Below are positions 1-11,735 of a stretch of DNA of 64,000 nucleotides, piece after piece (position 1 is the first letter of the stretch; each line of letters starts with the position of its first letter). This stretch comes from Takakia lepidozioides (taxonomy: Eukaryota > Plantae > Bryophyta). The position numbers and the translations under genes were made by a program. Below the pieces are notes generated by a model. It had not been told where the DNA came from. It was given only the letters and a program-made list of their open reading frames with translations, and did not search any database. Location of the stretch: contig CM060733.1 in assembly GCA_030704615.1 (NCBI GenBank), forward strand, positions 26,722,001 through 26,786,000, read 5' to 3'.

Positions 1-309
1 AAACATCCGACGCAATCTTCACGTTTGAGCAAACCATAAGCCTTTTATGAGTGGATCGCGATTTCTTCGAACACTCCGAAGTTTTCAGGCCAGACGTGCA
101 ACATAAATCATCCACTTATTTTTTCCTTTCAAAGATGTGGGCATTGAGTGCAGGATGGGATGACATGAGGTCATTAGGAGATACATCCGGACTTGAGATC
201 TTCATATCCTGAATTGAACGTCAAATATTGAGATTACGTTGGATTATAATGTAGGAGAAGACGTCGCTTCACTTCACCCAATCTTACCTGGAGTAAAACA
301 AGATCATCA

Positions 310-387
<78 letters not shown>

Positions 388-584
388 AGGAAGACAAAAC
401 AAGAAAAGTATACCTTGTTCCTCCTCAAGTATCCATGTGTCCATCCATGATGTTGTGGAATAAACGTTGGGATTTTGTCAACCTCTTCAAGACAACGTTC
501 CACCACTCTGTTGAGTGATAACCTTGTTTTCACTCAAATCCTCCAATTGAGATCTAATAGACTCAAGTCTTGTGGAAACTCCAT
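1..584 (-). pseudogene. Spliced cargo gene A of unknown function (partial, runs off the window)
   Basis: ATG at 584 reads MEFPQDLSLLDLNWRI*VKTRLSLNRVVERC...RRNK. Then a GT donor, an intron containing (TA)n, a CCAG acceptor, exon VRLGEVKRRLLLHYNPT, and a further GT-AG intron. One in-frame TGA. Confidence 0.35.
313..382. repeat. (TA)35 microsatellite
   Basis: Perfect TA dinucleotide run. Confidence 0.97.
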
Positions 585-932
585 TGTGACATTCAATAAC
601 ACGGTGTTCTTGAATATTTTGTACCGACTTTAAAACTTGTAATAGACAGGACATGATCAAATGAGACTCAACCTCGATACATCCTCGACATTACTATTGA
701 AGTTAGTGGAAAGTACACTTAGTGGACAACACAAGTTCTATGATGAAGCAACGCCATCAAACGATAAAACACTTAAAAGTTTTTAGCTACTTACAATCTT
801 AGCATTCATTCGGAACAACAACAATGTAAGCCTGCAAAACATGCTAGATTGAACGTTTACTCAAAATTTGCACAAAGTGAATATGTACATTTACTTTACA
901 TGGGGTTTTAAAACCCCAAATTGTATATCGAA

Positions 933-1658
933 TCATTCACAAATAAGATAATCGTTGCAAGAGCACTTTAAAAAAGATCTAAGACTGTCATATTTAGGGT
1001 TAGAAAGGCTCTCAGGTCCCACCCCAATCTGGTTCTTAACAACATAGTCTGGGACATTTAATGGACTCTCCAGCATCCCATCAAGAAACTTTTGAAGCAC
1101 CAACAAGTAGCTGTTGTCGGTCTCAATTGACTCAAATGTCTTCAAGAATAAGCATGACCCTACAGGATTGAGTAGACATTTCAGAGGAGTATCATCAATC
1201 AGAAACGTATTTTTGTCATCGAACTTTCATCTCGTCTTCACCCACAGCCCCGCGTTCAGAAACACGTTCGGGGAGTTTTTTAATCTATCGTTATAGTTTG
1301 GATGGACTTTGCTAGGACACGAAAGACAATCCTTCTGCGACATAATAAAGTCTAGTTGTGGTAACCCCTCCAACATGATATCAAGGACGGGCTTGAGGTT
1401 CCTTAGCTCCATGCAGCTCCAAATAACTAGGTGGAATCGCTCATGTAAATGCTTCCACACCTCTCGATATTTCTCCCGCCAAAAAATCTGCCTTCTAATG
1501 GCTACAATAGGAACGCTGAAGTCGTTCTCGGAGTATTTAGGCACATGATTATTAGATCCTTGAGACCAAATGATTTTACAGATAACACCGTTCAGATCAA
1601 ATATAATCAGTCGAGTTTTACCACTATCCATAGATAAAGGTGTAGGTGGTGGTCGCAT
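933..1658 (-). pseudogene. FCP1/NIF-family (CTD-phosphatase-like) HAD phosphatase, intronless, one premature stop
   Basis: LIIFDLNGVI (HAD motif I, DxNG variant), FHLVIWSC (motif II), FIMSQKDC. After the in-frame TGA at 1227-1229 the frame continues KFDDKNTFLIDDTPLKCLLNP (motif IV) into ORF 933-1145, which is in the same frame. Confidence 0.8.
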
Positions 1659-2078
1659 CAGTAGATGAATAGAAGAACAGAGTAAGTGATTGATTTAGCA
1701 GAAAATAAGGTGTCAGTCAAAAATATAAAACTTCAACTCGACACTAATGTCGAGATAATCTACCATCAACGATAAAACTTGGAGTTGCATCCCTTCGGTA
1801 AAAAAAAAAAGATATCACTGAAAAATATGTTCATACGAGCGTTCGCAATCCTAGGACTTACTCCCTGTGGCTACATGACCATACTTACCATATTAACCAC
1901 ATATTCCATAACATTTGCCATAACATAAGGCATTTGCCAGTGTTTCAAATAAAGTCTTGTCGTCCAATTGTGCAGACGCACCCTTTCAATGAATCCTAGA
2001 ATTCAATGAGTTAAGTTGTAAAAAAGGCTGTAGAGTGCAACCTGATTAGAAAACTCAAAACAAAGCAAGGAATACTGA

Positions 2079-5000
2079 TTATAAATATAAGAATAAAGTC
2101 ATACCTGCTTGTGAGCCTTCTGTGTTCCTTGCTAGGGACTCGTCACTTCTCCGATGGAGTCGGTCGGTAACCTCGCCATTGAGGTTGTTGTTCCCTGTTG
2201 CTAGAGCAGTATTTTTCACAGTCACATCTACTAGTCTGTTCGAAGCGTTGTTCTTCGAAGTGAGAGGTCTTAACGTTTTGGATTTTGTCATCTGCATCTC
2301 AACTCATGGGATTTGAATTATGCTCTGGTTAACAACCACTCGAAGACTCAAGTTTCTTGCTATAAAAATGACATGCGAATATCTTAAAACAATGGAAAAA
2401 TCTCAGAACCATTTACACAACCATCTCTGTATCAGATATTACGTATTTTTTTGTGGCCCAGTTTGGTTTTCATCCTCCGCTCTCTGCTACGCCCCGCTAT
2501 TGGGGATACTATGCCGATTGGCAAATCACCAGCAGCCGGCGTGAATGTGTCAGGCTCGGAATCATCAGCAATAGTGATTGATTCTGTCTCTATAGCTTGC
2601 TTATTTTTTACTTCCAGATTATTGCTTCCAACACCTACATCTCCGAGACTCTCCACAATCGGACTCTCCACAACCACAGTCTCCACAACCCTATCCAAGT
2701 CCTCCATATTGGTCTCGTCATTGAGCCACGTGCCCTCATTATCCTCATTATTATCCTCGTCAGCCTCGTGAACTGCCTGCTCAACATGGTCATCTTTTGC
2801 GATGTCAGGACCACCAGCTGCTCCAACTGCTCCAACTGTTTCAAGATTTTCAGCCCCCTGCTGTTCAACGTTATCATCATCTTTCTCCGGATCCTTGTCC
2901 TCAGTGGACTTGTCCGAGCTCCCACCACTCTCTTAACCATCAATGCCATCTTCTGCTTCCTCATCAACACGTGGTTCTTCCTCAATCTCCTCTTTGTCCG
3001 CAGCATCCACTTCGTCCTCAGTGTCCTCATCCTCATCAGAGACCTCCATGACCTTGCTTGTGTCGGAGGCACCGTCATGTTTTTGGGCATCTCCTTCTTC
3101 CTGAAACTTTATTCCTTTCTCCACTTCCAGGACCTTGAATGATGTCTCCATCTTATCATTGCAATGTTGAACGTGGCTTTCAAGTTTACGTCCACAACAC
3201 AAACTCCGTGGGCCTACAAAAAAAATTGATCACTGTTATTTCCAAGTCAACAAAATTCAAAGGACGAGATCAATATAACAGTGGCAGTTGACGTCGATGT
3301 TTGAGTCGTAACAACGAGGAGGTGATTATCCTTAGCTCACCTGAAGATGGTAGCTGAGCATAGGACCACCAATTATATTGAAGGCTGACATCCCCTCCTA
3401 ACAGATCTGACCGACGAGAATTTCATAAACCTGACTCCGTAGCTTGTGCTTGTACACTCTTAGCTCCATTTCTCTGTCACTGAGCTCAATGTCTGTGCCA
3501 TGCAACACGGGTTCTAAGGACTTCTTGAAAAGAGTTGTCAGAATGTGTGCATCTGGGGTCTTGAGCTAGTTCTCTGTTGCAGGAAAGACGTAGTCGAGGC
3601 ATAACAAAGGGCGTGCGGAAGCAGCAGAGGTGGTTGCGTATTTGCGCTCCTCTGATCCAAGGAGGTAGACTCCCTGAAGAAGAATGTACTTCGTGGAACC
3701 CCCACCGTACCGCACGTAAGAAACAAGATTTATTGAAGAAGCTTGGGTTGAGAAGAACACGAATACGTTTGAAAAGACATTGCGCTTCTTAAAGACAGAC
3801 AGTATGGTGATGTAGTCATTCCTCTCAAACACAAGATCCTCTCTGTCTCCAATTGTGTTCACAAATACCATACCAATGTTTTGAAATTTCTTCCTGCTGA
3901 AGAATAAAAGACGGCTGGCAGCGTTTGAGAACCTCCTCTTTGCACCCAACATGACATAGCGGTCCTTGAATGATCGTGTTAGGTCGTCGTTGTAGGTCGT
4001 CATCTCCTCAATTTTCTTCTTCCAAGACAGTACATAGCTCCTGAATGGCTCCGAGATTGAGGGTGTCACCTTGTTCATATTGGCCTTGTCTGCCAGATAT
4101 TCCGCCGTTGTTTTGGACTGCATAGCCTTAAAAATTGTCTTAGTGATTTTGAGGTTATATTTCACCTTTGTCCATTCCTCCTTTGTGTACGGTTCTAGAT
4201 TGTTTTTGGACCGCTCTGCTCCTCCGAGTACCACCATGATGTCATCAACCACAAACCTTCGTGTTTTCATGTAATCAATGTAGTCGTTCATGTTCCTCAA
4301 GGTTCGATCCTTACACTTATATGGATTTCTAATGCTTACCCTCAAGTCCAGGATCCTCTGTGCCACCTTCTTGATCTGTTGTTGGTTAAGCCCTTGAAGC
4401 TTTTGGATAGCCGACTTGGTCAATGGAACCTGCTCAGAGTTGCATACAATCCCCATAGCATCAATGAGCTCTCCCTTGTCTCACTTTCGAAACACAGTCT
4501 CCCACAACTCCCAGACGTCCTCATCAGCATGGACCAATGCCAACACTTCTTTCGAGGAGTTCTTCTCCAGTATAACTAGTGCCGTTTGCATAAACTCCTG
4601 GGGTGAAGAGCACAATTACTTTCAGACCCAACAAATTATCAGTGAAGAAATTCCAAAACCCCTATCTAGATACTAGTATGTACATAAATGAAGAAAAAGA
4701 CTATTAGAATAATGTTTACTTTCCACAAGCCAGTCTCGTTCTTTTTTGCATTATCATTGTATTTCGGCGGCTTCCCAATTGATGCATAAAAGCTCATAAA
4801 CTCATAAATTCTGAGTCTTTAAACTCTGATCTTCAACTCAGACTCAAAGTTTAGAGAAAGCAAAAATTCATTCGCGATATCGGTATTTTGAAAGTTTTAC
4901 TAAAACCGAATGGAAACATGTCTCCGTAGTATTCTACTAGATTTTTTGCCAATTCTATTGACTTATCTTTGTCGTAAATGTCGGCTGTCTTGGGTCTCTT

Positions 5001-5593
5001 TACGTCGGGAGCAAGGGCTGGATCAATGGATTTCTTTGATTTCCGCTTCTTTGAGGATGATCCAACACCTTCCCGATCCTGTTCTGTTACTGATGACCCT
5101 GCCGTAGGCTTACGTCTTCATCTTGCTGGTGTTTCTGTTTTTTGTTCCATGTTTTCATTACCGGTTGCGAACAATACATCCTGAAAACGGCCCCAGGAGC
5201 GGATAAATGTTTTGGTATCCTGACCGATGTTGTTGTCTTCATTGAACTTGAATTTTTTTTTATTAATTGTTTCATGAGGTTCTTGCGGACAGAATTTCCA
5301 GATGCTACGTACCCGAATGTTTTTGGCGACCTTCCATCTTCAGCAACAAAGATCACCAGCATTGGAGACTGCATGTTCGTCTGGGTTTTCACTTCCTTCA
5401 CGTATGCGTACTTGAGTTCTGTAACATTGCTTCCCGCCTTGTACTGAAACTGTCGCTTGTGATCTGGAGGTTCCCCAGCGACTTCAATGCCCCATTCTTT
5501 TATGCTGCTCTTCAGTTTATATATAGCTACATGCTCGGTCTTGTATCTCGGGGATCTGACAGATAAGAACTCCCCACAAATGTCTACAGACAT
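2079..5593 (-). pseudogene. Large multi-exon cargo gene C: basic N-terminus, long central exon, acidic D/E-rich C-terminus
   Basis: Colinear ORFs 5087-5593, 3566-4456 (296 aa), 2933-3202, 2432-2707 and 2079-2297, separated by AT-rich GT-AG intron-like gaps, stops and frameshifts. Exon structure is approximate. Confidence 0.5.
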
Positions 5594-5872
5594 TCCGGGT
5601 TGGCAATCTTCGGGGGCCTAAGAACTGCAAAAGCCATATGTCCAATATTTGATCAGGAAAACACCTCGACATTAATGTCGACGTTAGAAAATGTTTATGA
5701 TATGACTATGATATTTTATCACACTATATTTTCCACATACAATGAAGGACAAACCAAATCCCACAAGGTTAGTAAGCTCAAACACATTGAAAAATCTTTG
5801 TAAATATCCATCTTTTATTCACATCACAAAACAACTGAGATTTACAACACATTCCTCAACAACGAGACAACA

Positions 5873-6230
5873 TTACTCAAATGTCCAGAGACCAGTGTCT
5901 TCGGGGTATGACGTACGTGGAATGTAAGTCTCTGGACTGTATGTTTCTGGACTGTATATTTCTGGAACATATATAGGGTAGAATAACATGTATTCATATG
6001 GCCGTTGGATATTTCGTTTAGAAGAAGGAATGTACTATGGTGAGGTTGGCATGTATTCAGGGGAGGACGGATAATATCCAGGCGAGTCTGCTGCCTCTAA
6101 ACCGGATGATGAGTAGGCTATTTTCAGGTGGTTCAATGAGGTCCGGAAGCTCGTATTCGGGAGTTCCGAGAATTGGGTAGAAGCTCGATGAGCATTCGAT
6201 CGTTTCAACATTTCCAGAATAATCACTCAT
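5873..6230 (-). pseudogene. Short Tyr/Ser/Pro-rich peptide with Pol II CTD-like heptads
   Basis: Reading through the TAG at 6035-6037 gives DSPG-YYPSSPE-YMPTSP*-YIPSSKR-NIQRPYE-YMLFYPI-YVPEI-YSPET-YSPET-YIPRT...WTFE* (TAA at 5873-5875). The ATG at 6230 needs one frameshift. Confidence 0.45.
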
Positions 6231-6979
6231 ACACAACCATCTATGAACTGCCTCAGTTCATTGAAACACAAAATCTTGTTGATCCCATTTTTCCAAAGAA
6301 TTGTTCTAAATTAACTCGACCTCGACATGAATGTCGACGTCCATTCGCAGAAGACCGTTTTCATAAATTGCCTGTCCTGAGTAGACAGCCAGTGACAGTT
6401 AGTTTCAACCTATCTCACATGATGTTTCATCATCTACTGAAATAACTGTAGTTAGATTTACGTTGCACTTAATATAACTCTATTGTTATATAGAGTTATA
6501 TTAGAATTTTAACGTCAACATTAATGTCGAGGTTCTTCATCTATTGTTTATTGATTAACAGTACTTGAGGTAATTATAATCTTCAGTCCACGTAGAATTG
6601 TGAAGAAAACTAATCTTATTGCATGAGAACGTTGACATTAATGTCGAGGTCCAATTCCCTCGTTGGACAGTCAACTAACGTGTTCATCCAAATTCTGTAA
6701 AAAAAACGTGAAATCTACAAAATGCTATTACAAAAAGCTAATATCTAGGCTTACCTCCCCCTCCTCGACACTAATATGAGAGTCCTGAACCTCGACATTA
6801 ATGTCCAGGAAGTTTAAAAGGTTCATCAGCAACCTACTTACGTACACTGGAAAACTGAAAGATGTTCAATTTATACATGATGCCTCTAAACCTTGACATT
6901 CATGTCAAGGTTCCCTCCCCTTGTCGGACAGCTATAACAAAAGTGCTCATGTAGATGGTTGACAATATATGACACCCGG

Positions 6980-7521
6980 TGTCACGGACATAGCCCAGAG
7001 GAACTTACCAAGAGTAAATACCAGAAGTTACCAAGTTACCATGTTACCGGAAGTTACCACGACTTATCGTGATTTATTATTATCTACAATGATTTATCAT
7101 TACTTACCAAGTTATCGGGAGTTTATCAAATTACCAAGAGTAACTTGGGAAACTGCTCAGGAAGCTTCTTTTGGAGGAAACTTCTCCATCAAGATACCTC
7201 ATTTGTTTAAGGAAGCTTCTCCATCAAGCATTATATATAGGAGGCGAGTCTGGACTCGCCAACACTAGTTCAAGCTACTCTTGTTTCCAGTTCCCAGTAC
7301 TCCAGCCCAGTTTCCAGTATCTGGTACTCCAGTCTAGTTTCCAGTATTTCAGTATTCAAGTCGTGTTCCAATATCTTGTACTCTTGTTCATTGTTATAAA
7401 GATCGTATTAATTCCTATTTATTCATCATGCATTCGGCCATACCGACCTTGACTTCTTGTCTAGTCTTGTACCTATAGTCTGATCTCTTGTTTGTGTTCA
7501 GTCATGTTCTCGTCTTTGACA
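6980..7521 (+). repeat. 5' LTR of element 1
   Basis: Begins TGTCA, ends TGACA, TATA-like box at ~7232. 7448-7521 matches 12095-12168. Confidence 0.8.
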
Positions 7522-7558
7522 GTTTGACGAGACTAAAGTTTGTCCTTAGTTAGTTAAG

Positions 7559-8602
7559 ATGGAAGGCACATTTGCGGAAATGGTCGTCATATTACAGAGT
7601 CTTCAGCTCCAGATGCAAGAACTTCGTGCCTCTACTGCCCAACTACAAGCTGATCAGTCTCAAGATCTTGGCAACGTTCTCAACAATTTGCAACAACAAA
7701 TTTCAGAGTTGAAGGAGTCGAACAATGGATCTTCAATCTTACGAGTCTATACTACAACAAATCATACTGCAACGGTTCATCCAAATCTTCAACAAATTAC
7801 AATGGAACCAAAGGTCAGCATGCCCGAGAAATTTGATGGGACGAGATCAAGATTTCGCGGTTTTGTTCAACAAGTACGATTGTTCTTACGATTATAGCCA
7901 CAACGCTACCCTGATGAATGTATTCAAGTGGGATTTGTGGGCACCATTCTATCAGGCACTGCCCTATCTTGGTTTGCACCGCTGTTAGAGAAAAATTCGG
8001 ATTTATTATACAATTTTGAAGCATTCATGTCCCAGTTCACTGCAACGTTTGGAGAGAATGATAGAAAGAGAGTTGCAGAGACAAAGATGCGAATCTTCGA
8101 CAAGGAGTACATCCAGCTTCCGTTTATGCTGCTAAATTTCGACAACTTGCGTGCGACCTCGACTAGAATGAGAAGAGCCTCATTAGTCAATTTCGATATG
8201 GCCTAAAAGAAGATATAAAAGATTTGTTGCTGACAATGTCAAACGTGAGTACACTAAGCGAATTCATCACCCAAGTCATTGCATACGATAATCGTTTGTT
8301 TGAAAGACATCAACAGAAGCGATCTGGATGGTCGACGACGCACCATGCCGCTGCTACTACGGCACCAAATATAACGGATGTCCAAATCCGGTAATGATCC
8401 TATGCAGATTGATGATGTCTGATTCAAGCCATTCACGCCACAAGAAAAATAAAGACGGCGCTCGAATGGATTATGCCTTTATTGCGGAGAAGAGGATCAC
8501 ATAGCATTAAACTGCCCCAACAAGAGAAGATTCAAAGCTCGGGGCACAACTCAAGTGTTCGATACAAAGAGGTCGAAAAACGAAGATGTCCAGTCGCAGT
8601 AG
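7559..8602 (+). pseudogene. gag: gag of element 1
   Basis: Coiled-coil N-terminus, MPEKFDGTRSRFRGF...GTALSWF, PMQID, zinc knuckle [14 protein letters not shown], ending KNEDVQSQ* (TAG 8600-8602). Internal stops and frameshifts. Confidence 0.88.
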
Positions 8603-8625
8603 GGACCATGCGGCTGGACACTCTA
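8575..8625 (+). other. -1 ribosomal frameshift signal (slippery site plus stem/pseudoknot) of element 1
   Basis: G AAA AAC at 8575-8581 and an 11-bp stem GTCCAGTCGCA/TGCGGCTGGAC. Loop TAGGG can pair with downstream CTCTA. pol lies in the -1 frame. Confidence 0.75.
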
Positions 8626-11600
8626 AAATCCTCACAAAAAAAAAGTCTTTTTCTACCTCCAGACCCTGTACCTTGTTTCATAGTTCCAGTAAAGATCAGG
8701 ATGCAAAATCGAGACATCTTTGTAGAAGCATTTTGGACTCGGACGCTTCAGCGTGTTTTATTGACAAAGACTTTGCGAAACAACACAATTTAACGCTCGT
8801 AAAAAAGAAATTCTCGGCCCCTGTTGAAGTCATCGATGGACGACCGTTAACATCAGGAAATATTGATCATGAAACTCGACCCCTTGAAGTGAAGCTTAAA
8901 AATCAAGCATCACAGATTGTTTTCAATGTCATCCAGTCTCCAACGAATCATGTGATCCTTGGGCTTCCCTGGTTTGTACTTCATAATCCTGACATCGACT
9001 GGCGATCACGAAAAATTTCGGCAAAACAAAAATGTAAAAGTACCAAAGGTATTCAACCCCTGTTCCTTGGAGCTAGAGTCTTTATGAGAGCTACGAAGAA
9101 AGACGCGACATTTGCACTTTATGCGACTCCGATCAACACCACAACAGACCAAGGTACTTCAACATTACCCACTCAATATCAAGATTTCAAGGATGTCTTC
9201 GAGAAGAAAAATGCAGACGTGTTGCCAGAACATCGACCTTATGATTGTGCAATTGAGTTGCAAGAAGGAGCTCAACCACCATTCGGCCCGATCTACAATT
9301 TATCTCAGACGGAGCTGGTTGCTTTACGCGAATATATTGATGAAAATTTGTCAAAGAATTTCATTCGATATTCGAAATCACTCGCGGGAGCACCTATCTT
9401 ATTTGTGAAGAAGAAGGACAGATCATTACGCATGTGTGTGGACTATCGTGGGCTCAACAAAGTCACTATAAAAAATCGTTATCCACTACCGTTGATTTCC
9501 GGACTCCTCGAATAACTTGGACGAACAAATTTTTTCACAAAGATCGACTTGAGATGAGCTTACAACCTTGTACGAATAAAAGAAGGAGACGAATGGAAAA
9601 CTGCTTTTTGCACAAGGTACGGACATTCCGAATACAATGTTATGCCTTTCGATCTTAGAAATGCTCTAGCAATTTTTCAACACGTGATGAATGACATCTT
9701 TCGAAAAAAATTAGATGACTTTGTAGTCATCTATTTGGACGACATTTTGATATTTTCACAGAATAAAGAAGAACATGGTCGTCATGTACGCCTTGTCCTT
9801 GATAAATTGAGGGAAAAATGACTATATGCCAAGTTGGAAAAATGTCTTTTCCACCAATCTGAAGTCGAATTTTTGGGCTACATTATTTTCGACAAATGAG
9901 TCTTTATGGATCAGAAGAGAATACAAACCATCGTCGAGTGGATTAAACCAATGTACAATGTTTTCTAGGATTTGCAAATTTTTATAGAATCTTCATCAAG
10001 GACTACTTCAAAATTGCTTCACCATTGACACGACTCACAGGGAAGGACAAATTTGTATGGGATGAGAAGACCAAAAAGAATGGTTTAGATGGGTCTGCAT
10101 ATACCAATATTGGAGCCGTTGTAAATGTCTGCTTCAGCCTTTTAAATGCTACATCGGACTTTGCACTTGACGCGGTACTATCTCAATACATTACAGATGG
10201 CCGACTTCACCCTTTTGGTTTTTCGTTCTTGCAAATTTTCCGCTGCGGAGATCAATTATGAAATCCATGTCAAAGAACTTCTAACGATTATCGATGCTTT
10301 TGAGGAGTGGCGTCATCTATTGGAGGGAGCTAAACATCAGGTCACTGTCTATATCGATCACAAAAACCTCGAGTATTTTATGAGTGCTCGTGTTTTGAAT
10401 CGACGTCAAGCAAGATGAAGTATGTCACTAGCAAGGTTTGATTTTGTTATTACCTACCGTCCCGGACATCTTCAAGGAAAACCAGATGCTCTTTCTCGAC
10501 GATCGTATCTTGCGCCAAAAGAAGGGGATGCAGCTTTTGACCAACAGAAATCCATCATCTTGAAACCAGCAAATCTCCAATTGAATATGCTATCCATGTC
10601 CACCTATGACGATGCAGAGATAATAAAGGAGATTCAGGAAGCACTGAAAAGCGACCAATTTGTTACGACACTACGAAGTCAACTAAATCGACCTCGAGAC
10701 AACCCACATGTTACAAACGACTTCGAATTCAAAAATGACTTACTTTATTTCAAGGGCCTTCTCTATGTACCTCCAGGACCTACACGACTTCGAATTCTCT
10801 AAACATGTCATGATCTTCCGGCTGCAGGACATTTCGGCTTCAACAAAACAATGGAATTGATATCCAGGGACTATTGGTGGCCGCAGATGTAGAAACTCGT
10901 GAAAGAATTTATAAAATCTTGCGACATGTGTGCTAGAGCGAAGGGACCACGACATCGACCTTACGGCCTTCTTCAACCATTACCCATTCCCAAGGGTCCA
11001 TGGTTGTCCGTGTCTATGGACTTTATTACGGACCTTCCAATTTCCAAGACCACCGATTCAATCCTTGTTATTGTAGATCGTTTTACGAAGATGACACATT
11101 TCCTTTCATGTAATAAGACGGTTATCGGCGAGGAAACTGCAAGACTCTTCCGCAATAATATCTACCGCATTCATGGACTCCCGAAGGACATTGTATCTGA
11201 TCGAGGACCACAGTTCATATCAAATTTCTGGAGGGGATTATTTCACATATTGGATACCAATATCAACCTCTCTACAGCTAATCATCCACAGACTGATGGT
11301 CAAACCGAACGTGTAAACCAGATTTTGGAGCAGTATCATCGTTGTACGATAAATTATCATCAAGATAATTGGACGGACCTTCTGTCATTGGCTGAGTTTG
11401 CCTACAACAACACTATATATTCTTCGACCAAGCAAACTCCGTTTTTTTCCAATTATGGTCATCATCCTCGAGCAAACCCTTTCCACATGAAAACTGTTGG
11501 AAGCCCTGCTGCAGAAAACCTTGCTACTCATCTTGCTACAATTCACAAGGAGCTTACATTCCACCTCGCAGAAGCTCAAAAACAATACAAGGAGTATGCA

Positions 11601-11660
11601 GATCAACGTCGCTAACTCCAATCCCAGTTCAAGGTCGGAGATCGTGTGTGGCTTCTTCAA
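8575..11660 (+). pseudogene. pol: pol (PR-RT-RNaseH-INT) of element 1
   Basis: [11 protein letters not shown] (protease), [11 protein letters not shown] / YLDD (RT), [17 protein letters not shown] (RH), GHFG..CDMC and SMDFIT..SDRGPQF..GQTERVNQ (INT). Breaks off at GDRVWLL. Confidence 0.93.
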
Positions 11661-11735
11661 TAGTTCTATGGTCTCATTAATGAAGTGACTTCCCTGGTCA
11701 CTGATAAATTCCAGGGGACAACCAAAAGACTCCAC
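11652..11735 (-). pseudogene. Inverted fragment of a different gypsy integrase
   Basis: Minus strand reads FGCPLEFISDQGSHFINETIELL (integrase core). Confidence 0.75.

Noticed and set aside
234-533. 99-aa ORF with IYIYIY run
   Set aside because: It translates through an intronic (TA)n microsatellite.
2451-3142. Hydrophobic plus-strand ORFs
   Set aside because: They are antisense shadows of the acidic low-complexity exon on the minus strand.
6510-6910. CRISPR-like clustering of palindromic repeats
   Set aside because: Spacing is irregular (~27-117 bp), the context is eukaryotic, and there are no cas genes.
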